24,000 nucleotides of DNA from Bordetella ansorpii (GTDB taxonomy: Bacteria > Pseudomonadota > Gammaproteobacteria > Burkholderiales > Burkholderiaceae_B), in assembly GCF_900078315.1 (NCBI RefSeq), contig NZ_FKBS01000025.1, positions 648,171 through 672,170 on the forward strand, in the 5' to 3' direction. The position numbers and the translations under genes are program-made. Below the pieces are notes generated by a model. That model had not been told where the DNA came from and ran no database searches. It worked only from the letters and a program-made list of their open reading frames with translations. Below, piece after piece: positions 17,349-24,000 of the stretch (position 1 is its first letter; each line of letters starts with the position of its first letter).

Positions 17349-17607
17349 TTCGGTCGGTGTGCCTACGCGCGCAGCGACACGGAACCAGCCGGACAGCAGC
17401 GCAATTGATGGGAAAGCGGGAAAGCAACGGGAAAGCCTTGCGGAAATCGCAAGCGCCGGAATCGCAAATCCCATCTGCCAGCTTCGGCTTTCGCGTCCAA
17501 TCGACCGAATGTGTCAGGACGGCAAGTCAGGCGACTCCTCTTCGCAGCGTACCCGCAGCCAAGTCCCGCCCGCCCTGCCCTCCGATTTAACCCTTCAAGG
17601 AAAACCC
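17349..17607 (+). promoter_or_regulatory. Long 5' leader of rplU with internal repeats and nested helices (candidate cis-regulatory RNA)
   Basis: GGGAAAGC occurs three times (17410-17417, 17418-17425, 17429-17436) and GGAA(A)TCGCAA twice (17442-17452, 17458-17468). Complementary pairs are 17348-17358/17500-17510 (11 bp including one G-U) and 17407-17413/17469-17475 (7 bp), plus the hairpin CTTGCG-gaaat-CGCAAG at 17437-17453. GC3 is low (~63% by my count) for the only ORF in it. Confidence 0.4.
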
Positions 17608-17919
17608 ATGTACGCGGTCGTAAAAACCGGCGGCAAGCAATATCGTGTTGCTGTCGGTGAAAAACTCAAGGTAGAACAGATACCTGCTGACATCGGGCAA
17701 GAAATCACGCTGGACCAGGTCCTGTCCGTGGGCGAAGGCGACCAACTGAAAGTTGGTACGCCCCTCGTCGCCGGCGCCGTGGTCAAGGCAACGGTTCTTG
17801 CGCATGGCCGGCATGACAAGGTCAAGATCTTCAAGATGCGCCGTCGCAAGCACTACCAGAAGCGTCAAGGCCACCGTCAGAACTACACCGAACTGCGCAT
17901 CGAAGCCGTCACGGCTTGA
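17608..17919 (+). CDS. rplU: 50S ribosomal protein L21
   Basis: [25 protein letters not shown]...[33 protein letters not shown], 103 aa, with AAGGAAA upstream of ATG 17608. Confidence 0.97.
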   Translation: MYAVVKTGGKQYRVAVGEKLKVEQIPADIGQEITLDQVLSVGEGDQLKVGTPLVAGAVVKATVLAHGRHDKVKIFKMRRRKHYQKRQGHRQNYTELRIEAVTA

Positions 17920-17954
17920 AGCAGCCCCGGTACCTTTTTTAGCAGGAGCTAAAC

Positions 17955-18212
17955 ATGGCACAGAAAAAGGGCGGCGGTTCCACACGGAACGGCCGCGACT
18001 CAGAATCGAAGCGCTTGGGCGTCAAGGTGTACGGCGGCCAGCAAATCTCGGCCGGCGGCATCATTGTCCGCCAGCGCGGTACCCGCGTTCATCCCGGCGT
18101 CAATGTCGGCGTGGGCAAGGACCACACCCTGTTCGCCCTGACGGACGGCAAGGTTCAATTCGGCCACAAGGGCGCGTTGAACAAGTCCATCGTCTCGGTC
18201 ATCAGCGAGTAA
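17955..18212 (+). CDS. rpmA: 50S ribosomal protein L27
   Basis: [29 protein letters not shown]...[24 protein letters not shown], 85 aa, with AGGAG upstream. Confidence 0.97.
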   Translation: MAQKKGGGSTRNGRDSESKRLGVKVYGGQQISAGGIIVRQRGTRVHPGVNVGVGKDHTLFALTDGKVQFGHKGALNKSIVSVISE

Positions 18213-18253
18213 TACCCGGCGTCGCGTACCCTGTACGCGCCGCACCGGCAAAA

Positions 18254-18285
18254 GCCCTGCCGTCTGCGGCAGGGCTTTTTGTTTT
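18254..18285 (+). terminator. Rho-independent terminator/attenuator between rpmA and obg
   Basis: GCCCTGCCG-tctg-CGGCAGGGC (perfect 9-bp stem, 18254-18275) followed by TTTTTGTTTT and preceded by AAAA. Confidence 0.75.
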
Positions 18286-18402
18286 GCAACTGCCGGTCCG
18301 CCTCAAGGCAAACGCCCCCTGAGGCAACACGTGGGGATCTTCCCCAGGCCGACAGGCCCGCAGCATTCCTCGCCTGCCTGGCGGCAGCAGCGAGGGTCGT
18401 AA

Positions 18403-19569
<1,167 letters not shown>

Positions 19570-19590
19570 GCCATAATCGCAATCCCGTCA

Positions 19591-19610
19591 CCCGCCGGTC
19601 CACCGGCGGG
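19591..19610 (+). other. Perfect 8-bp GC stem-loop in the obg-proB spacer (CCCGCCGG-tcca-CCGGCGGG)
   Basis: Read directly. It lies 22 nt after the obg stop with no U-tract, and is followed by the tandem heptamer CGTGTCC CGTGTCC (19611-19624). Function unknown. Confidence 0.4.
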
Positions 19611-19644
19611 CGTGTCCCGTGTCCCGCAACGCCCGGTCATCACC

Positions 19645-20781
19645 ATGACTGCCCAAACCCACGCCGTATCCGTCATCGCCTCCGCCAGCCGCCTGGTCGC
19701 CAAGGTGGGATCTTCCCTGGTCACCAACGAGGGACGCGGCCTGGACCGGGTCGCCGTGGCGCACTGGGCGGCCCAGATCGCGGCGCTGCGCGCCCAGGGC
19801 CGCCAGGTCGTGCTGGTGTCCAGCGGCGCCATCGCCGAGGGCATGGCGCGCCTGGGTTGGGCCAAGCGCCCGTCGGCCATGCACGAACTGCAGGCCGCGG
19901 CCGCCGTGGGCCAGATGGGCCTGTGCCAGGCCTACGAGGCCGCCTTCGCCGAATTCGGCCTGCGCACCGCGCAGGTGCTGCTGACGCACGAAGACCTGGC
20001 CGACCGCCAACGCTACCTGAACGCCCGCTCTACCCTGTTCGCGCTGATGCGGCTGGGCGTGGTGCCCATCGTGAATGAAAACGACACGGTGGTCACCGAC
20101 GAGATTCGCCTGGGCGACAACGACACGCTGGGCGCGCTGGTCACCAACCTGATCGAAGCCGATTCGCTGGTCATCCTGACCGACCAGCGCGGCCTGTACA
20201 GCGCCGATCCGCGCAAGAACCCCGACGCCCGGTTCATCTCGCACGCCCAGGCGGGCGACGCCGCGCTGGAAGCCATGGCGGGCGGCGCCGGCAGCGGCAT
20301 CGGCACCGGCGGCATGCTGACCAAGATCCTGGCCGCCAAGCGCGCCGCGCGCAGCGGCGCCCACACCGTCATCGCCTCGGGCCGCGAACGCAACGTGCTG
20401 ACGCGCCTGGCCGAAGGCGAATGCATCGGCACCGAACTGCGCGCGCTGCTGCCCGTGTGGTCGGCGCGCAAGCAATGGTTGGGCGATCACCTGCGCCTGC
20501 GTGGTCGCGTGGTGCTGGACGAAGGCGCCGTGCGCGCCCTGCTGCACGAAGGCAAGAGCCTGCTGCCCATCGGCGTGACCGCCGTCGAAGGCGAATTCGA
20601 GCGCGGCGACGTCGTGGCCTGCGTGGGCCTCGATGGCCAGGAATGCGCACGCGGGCTGATCAATTACTCATCGGCCGACACCCGGCGCATCATGCGCCAG
20701 CCTTCGGCCCGCATCGCCGACATCCTGGGCAGCATGACGGATCCCGAGCTGATGCACCGCGACAACCTCGTCGTCATCTGA
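19645..20781 (+). CDS. proB: Glutamate 5-kinase (with C-terminal PUA domain)
   Basis: [30 protein letters not shown] and [10 protein letters not shown] are kinase-core motifs, and the C-terminal [13 protein letters not shown]...GDVV..V is PUA-like. I chose ATG 19645 (378 aa); GTG 19612 is possible. Confidence 0.93.
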   Translation: MTAQTHAVSVIASASRLVAKVGSSLVTNEGRGLDRVAVAHWAAQIAALRAQGRQVVLVSSGAIAEGMARLGWAKRPSAMHELQAAAAVGQMGLCQAYEAAFAEFGLRTAQVLLTHEDLADRQRYLNARSTLFALMRLGVVPIVNENDTVVTDEIRLGDNDTLGALVTNLIEADSLVILTDQRGLYSADPRKNPDARFISHAQAGDAALEAMAGGAGSGIGTGGMLTKILAAKRAARSGAHTVIASGRERNVLTRLAEGECIGTELRALLPVWSARKQWLGDHLRLRGRVVLDEGAVRALLHEGKSLLPIGVTAVEGEFERGDVVACVGLDGQECARGLINYSSADTRRIMRQPSARIADILGSMTDPELMHRDNLVVI

Positions 20782-20824
20782 CCGGTGCGGCGGCCTTCGG
20801 GCCGCCAGAAACGCCGTGGCGGCC

Positions 20825-21496
20825 TCAGTTCCACCCCGTGGCATCACCGTCGGCCAGGAACATATACCCCCAGTCTCGCACCGTGAACAACGGCAGTTGC
20901 ACGCCCAGGCCCTGCGCCTTGGCACGCAACCGCGACACGGTCACGTCCAATGCGCGGCCGCCGCCGAAGGTCTTGTCGTTGCGGGGCAGCAGCCAGCCCG
21001 GTGCATCGAGCAGCCGCTTGAGCAGGCGGCTTTCCGCCAGGGTAAGCGGCACCCACTGATCGGCGGGGCCGGCCAGCACGCGGTCGCGCGCCATCAGCCG
21101 CCACAGCGAGCGGCGGCCGCCAAGACCACGGAAGCGCAGCGCGGCGCGCAGCATGGCGGCCAGCTCGGCGGAATGAGTGTCGACATGGCAGCAGGCGTCG
21201 GCACCCGCATCCATGGCCGCGATGCGCACGTTGGCGGGGGCGCCCGTCACCATCACCACCAGGGCGGACGTCGGCGCGCAGGTGCGCACATGCATGACAC
21301 GGTCGTACATCGCTTCCGCCGAGGTGCGCACCACGATGGCATCGGGCATGCGGATGTCGACCAGCGCACGCAGCGGCGTGCCGGCATCCGCGAACTGCAC
21401 GGACCAACCCGCCTGTTGCAGTCCATGCACCAGGGCGGTGGAGGACGCCGCGGGCAACGCATCATTCACGAATATGAGTTGTTGGTTGTCGAACAT
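20825..21496 (-). CDS. OmpR-family winged-helix regulator with aspartate-less (pseudo-)receiver domain
   Basis: 223 aa. The C-terminus matches trans_reg_C (LTLAESRLLKRLL...ALDVTVSRLRAKA...FTVRDWGYMF). The N-terminus has receiver topology, but the phospho-acceptor position reads PDAIVVRTS (Arg where LLD Asp is expected), the acidic pair reads FVND, and the KPF Lys is replaced (CCHVDTH). Confidence 0.75.
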   Translation of the reverse strand: MFDNQQLIFVNDALPAASSTALVHGLQQAGWSVQFADAGTPLRALVDIRMPDAIVVRTSAEAMYDRVMHVRTCAPTSALVVMVTGAPANVRIAAMDAGADACCHVDTHSAELAAMLRAALRFRGLGGRRSLWRLMARDRVLAGPADQWVPLTLAESRLLKRLLDAPGWLLPRNDKTFGGGRALDVTVSRLRAKAQGLGVQLPLFTVRDWGYMFLADGDATGWN

Positions 21497-21534
21497 ATCG
21501 ATGATCAGGTAACGGTTTTGAACGACTTCAATAC

Positions 21535-21544
21535 TACATATGTA
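21535..21544. promoter_or_regulatory. Perfect 10-bp palindrome TACATATGTA in the AT-rich divergent promoter region
   Basis: Read directly. It lies centrally in the 95-bp low-GC spacer between the pseudo-receiver regulator (start 21496, minus strand) and the first XRE paralog (start 21592, plus strand). It is a candidate operator only. Confidence 0.3.
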
Positions 21545-21591
21545 ATTTTACCAATCACCAAAGTATTCATGTCACACGCTCCAATCGCAGC

Positions 21592-22017
21592 GTGAAAACC
21601 TCTTTTTCAGACCGATTGAAACAAGCACGGCGATTGCGCGGATTGACGCAGCAGGCGCTGGCCCGTGCGAGCGGCCTGTCTCAAAGTGCGATTGCCAGTT
21701 ATGAAAGCGGCGACCGGGACAGCAGCCGATCGGTGCGCAGCCTGGCCTCCGCGCTGAAAATCGAAGCCGAATGGCTGGAGACGGGCAAAGGCCCGATGGA
21801 GCGCCTGCCATCGGTATACGAACATACGGGCCGCGACACGGCCAGGCCCAGTCTGCGCGAGCCGCAACCCGTGGCATGGCCGTTTTCGATCGATCCCCGC
21901 CGTTTCTCGACCCTGCATCCCGATCAGCTGCATTTTCTGGATCAATGGCTGGAAGCCTATCTGGATGCATGCCAACGGGGCGCAAACCCGGTACGGTCGA
22001 CGAAAAGACGGGGTTGA
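21592..22017 (+). CDS. XRE-family HTH regulator with uncharacterised ~70-aa C-terminal domain (paralog 1)
   Basis: 141 aa from GTG 21592. FSDRLKQARRLRGLTQQALARASGLSQSAIASYESGDR...EAEWLETGKGP is a classic Cro/CI-type HTH. The C-terminal LREPQPVAWPFSIDPRRFSTLHPDQLHFLDQWLEAYLDACQRG is not a domain I recognise (no S24 peptidase motifs). Confidence 0.8.
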   Translation: MKTSFSDRLKQARRLRGLTQQALARASGLSQSAIASYESGDRDSSRSVRSLASALKIEAEWLETGKGPMERLPSVYEHTGRDTARPSLREPQPVAWPFSIDPRRFSTLHPDQLHFLDQWLEAYLDACQRGANPVRSTKRRG

Positions 22018-22260
22018 ATCCGCGGATGCGAAGCCGGTATCGCCTGGCATGGCGTGACCAGATCGACACATGCGTCACAGAACGAGACATGGGTCGTGCG
22101 CAGCCGGCCTGAAAAAGCCCGCCCCCAGACGTGAACCCAAGGGAAATACCCGGGACGATTGCGCCATGCATGGCAGGTGAAGTGCAGTTGGCAAGGAAAA
22201 TACCACCTCAGTGGTTTCATGAACCACCAAAGTATTCTCCCTCCACGCTCCAATTGTTGC

Positions 22261-22686
22261 GTGAAGAGCAATTTCTCAGACCGATTGAAGGAGGCACGCC
22301 TGCTACGTGGGTACACGCAGCAGGCGCTTGCGCGTGCCAGCGGTCTTTCCCAAAGCGCCATCGCCAGCTACGAAAGCGGCGATCGCGGCAGCAGCCGCTC
22401 GGTACGCAGCCTGGCGCAGGCGCTGGATGTCGAGATCGAATGGCTCGAAACCGGCAACGGCCCCATGGAACGCGCCGTGCTGGTCTATGAGCCGGGCGGC
22501 CGTGGCGCCGACCGGCACAGCCTGCGCGAACCGCAACCGGTGGTCTGGCCGTTCTCGGTGGATCCGCGTCGCTTCGGCGCCCTGCATCCCGAGCAGTTGC
22601 AGTTCCTGGACCAGTTGCTGGAGACCTACCTGGACGCCTGCCAGCGCGGCGCCAAGCCGCCCAAGGGCGCCAAACGGCGCGTCTGA
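22261..22686 (+). CDS. XRE-family HTH regulator with the same C-terminal domain (paralog 2)
   Basis: 141 aa from GTG 22261, exactly 669 bp after the paralog 1 start, and about three-quarters identical to paralog 1 by hand alignment (roughly 107/141). An in-frame ATG at 22219 could add 14 aa (MNHQSILPPRSNCC). Confidence 0.8.
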   Translation: MKSNFSDRLKEARLLRGYTQQALARASGLSQSAIASYESGDRGSSRSVRSLAQALDVEIEWLETGNGPMERAVLVYEPGGRGADRHSLREPQPVVWPFSVDPRRFGALHPEQLQFLDQLLETYLDACQRGAKPPKGAKRRV

Positions 22687-22695
22687 CCCGGGCGC

Positions 22696-23586
22696 TCAGT
22701 GCGCGCTGAAGACCAGCGATTGATGCGCCGCCGCGCCGGCAATGGCGCCATCCCCCACCGCCAACGGCACCGATCCGCCGGGCCGGGCCATGTCGCCGCA
22801 GGCATAGACGCCCGGCACGGACGTTGCCTTCATGGCGTCGACCTTGACGACGTGCCCCCACGGCCCCTCTTCCCGCTCGCAGCCCAGCATGTCGGCGAGC
22901 GGGCTCGAGGGCGAGACGCGCGACGTCGCGAACAGGCCATCCAGCTTCACGACGTGCCCCCCTTGCAGGATGAGATCGAGGTGGTTCTCGATGCGCTGCA
23001 CGCGGCTGCGCTCGAGGCGCACACCTCGCTGGGCCAGTGCCTGCAATTGCGCGGCGTCCGGTTCGGGGGCCTGGTTCAGGAATAGCGTGGTGGCGCCCCA
23101 GTCGGGCAGCAGCATCGCCACGTGCAAGGACAGCGGCGAACTGGCCAGCACCCCGATCTTGCCCTGATTCAGCTCGTAGCCGTGGCAATACGGACAATGG
23201 AAGACCGATTTACCCCAGCGCTCGGCCAGGCCCGGCACGTCGGGCAGTTGGTCGGTCACGCCCATGGCCAGCACGATACGGCGGGCCTGACGCGCGGGCT
23301 GGCCTTCGATCTCGACGCGGAAGCCGTCGTCGGTGCGCGAGATGCCGGCCACCTGGGCGTCCAGCCATTGCACCGTGGAATAGGCCAGCAATTGCTCGCG
23401 GCCTTTCGCCGCGATGGCGGCGGCCGGCGTGCCGTCCTGGGTGAGGAAGCCGTGCGAGTGCTCGGCGTAGCGGTTGCGGCGCTTGCCGCCATCGATGACG
23501 AGTACGTTGCGGCGCGCCCGCGCCAGCGGCAGCCCCGCCGACAGGCCGGCATAGCTGCCGCCCACGATGATGACGTCATATCGCAT
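22696..23586 (-). CDS. Thioredoxin-reductase-like FAD/NAD(P)-dependent pyridine nucleotide-disulfide oxidoreductase
   Basis: 296 aa from ATG 23586, with AAGGAG upstream. It has the FAD-binding motif DVIIVGGSYAGLSAG, the redox CxxC in HCPYCHGYE, and the C-terminal YACGD...AIAGAAA motif. The track start at 23655 is an extension. Confidence 0.85.
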   Translation of the reverse strand: MRYDVIIVGGSYAGLSAGLPLARARRNVLVIDGGKRRNRYAEHSHGFLTQDGTPAAAIAAKGREQLLAYSTVQWLDAQVAGISRTDDGFRVEIEGQPARQARRIVLAMGVTDQLPDVPGLAERWGKSVFHCPYCHGYELNQGKIGVLASSPLSLHVAMLLPDWGATTLFLNQAPEPDAAQLQALAQRGVRLERSRVQRIENHLDLILQGGHVVKLDGLFATSRVSPSSPLADMLGCEREEGPWGHVVKVDAMKATSVPGVYACGDMARPGGSVPLAVGDGAIAGAAAHQSLVFSAH

Positions 23587-23667
23587 GGAATGCTCCTTAC
23601 GGAAATCCGGCCGGTATGCAGGGTGCGGCTTGCCGCATGAGCATCGGCCATTCATGAAACTATTGAA

Positions 23668-23703
23668 GTTACATGATAGCCAGATTCCGATCCATCACGC
23701 AAC
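23668..23703. promoter_or_regulatory. Imperfect inverted repeat (candidate Rrf2 operator) within divergent promoters
   Basis: GTTACATGATAG (23668-23679), a 12-nt spacer, then CCATCACGCAAC (23692-23703); 9 of 12 positions are complementary. It is adjacent to a perfect TATAAT at 23705-23710 (plus strand, toward the Rrf2 gene). It overlaps a minus-strand TTGCGT-18-TATCAT promoter-like pair facing the oxidoreductase. Confidence 0.3.
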
Positions 23704-23766
23704 TTATAATGTTTCGTATGACGGGCCCACGACATCGGCCCGCGCCTTGCAAGGCCTGGATCGATC

Positions 23767-24000
23767 ATGAGAAAAGACAGCCGCCTGTCCCGCATGCTGC
23801 ACGTGCTGCTGCACATGGCGCGGCGCGATGAACCCCTGACCTCCGAGCAGATCGCCCTGATGCTGGACACCAACGCCGTCGTCGTCCGCCGCACCATGGC
23901 GGGCCTGCGCCAGGCGGGCTATGTGCATTCGGAGAAAGGGCACGGCGGCGGCTGGCGCATCGCCTGCGACCTGAAGCAGATCACGTTGCTGGATATCCAC
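23767..24000 (+). CDS. Rrf2-family transcriptional regulator, 3' end cut by window edge
   Basis: My own translation from ATG 23767 gives [78 protein letters not shown], a typical Rrf2 winged-helix N-terminus, open to the end of the window. It is not listed in the ORF track because it has no stop. Confidence 0.85.
   Translation, partial: MRKDSRLSRMLHVLLHMARRDEPLTSEQIALMLDTNAVVVRRTMAGLRQAGYVHSEKGHGGGWRIACDLKQITLLDIH

Noticed and set aside
17408-17590. 60-aa ORF ([15 protein letters not shown]...) inside the rplU leader as a small basic protein
   Set aside because: It has no Shine-Dalgarno, GC3 is about 63% by my count against the much higher values typical of genes here, and the sequence is low-complexity. 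It is better explained as non-coding leader. It is left open as a refutation test in the leader finding.
21569-21595. Mini-ORF MSHAPIAA whose TGA overlaps the GTG start of XRE paralog 1 (possible translational coupling or leader peptide)
   Set aside because: The equivalent position upstream of paralog 2 has no start codon, so the feature is not conserved between the duplicates.

Overview
High-GC (about two-thirds G+C by eye) chromosomal segment that looks like core genome of an Alcaligenaceae-type betaproteobacterium (Achromobacter/Bordetella-like). Supporting this: a Bug/TctC-family binding protein, creB-creC-creD, and the conserved divergent ispB / rplU-rpmA-obg-proB arrangement. I call 25 protein-coding genes or fragments, one decayed gene, one tRNA-Pro(CGG), and several promoters, terminators and candidate operators. 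Order: TE-domain fragment, ogt, tag, ABM-domain protein, ilvE(-), creB, creC, hicA remnant, hicB, creD, sensor-less hybrid histidine kinase, Bug binding protein, acyl-CoA synthetase(-), MFS transporter(-), exoD-family(-), tRNA-Pro(-), ispB(-), rplU, rpmA, obg, proB, aspartate-less OmpR-type regulator(-), two tandem XRE-family paralogs, TrxR-like flavoprotein(-), Rrf2 regulator (3' cut). I found no CRISPR array, transposase, integrase or recognisable defence island, and I cannot honestly claim a convincing novel multi-gene system. The non-ordinary content is small-scale. (1) A low-GC hicAB-type insert with a decayed toxin splits creBC from creD, and creD keeps its own double cre-tag-like repeat. 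(2) A regulator cluster after proB holds a pseudo-receiver OmpR-type protein divergent from two tandem XRE paralogs, which share an uncharacterised C-terminal domain and conserved upstream nucleotide boxes. (3) A roughly 260-nt repeat-rich, apparently structured leader precedes rplU. (4) A hybrid kinase without any input domain sits behind an AT-rich patch. (5) A TE domain has Ala at the nucleophile position. Most long ORFs in the six-frame track that overlap these genes are high-GC shadow ORFs.
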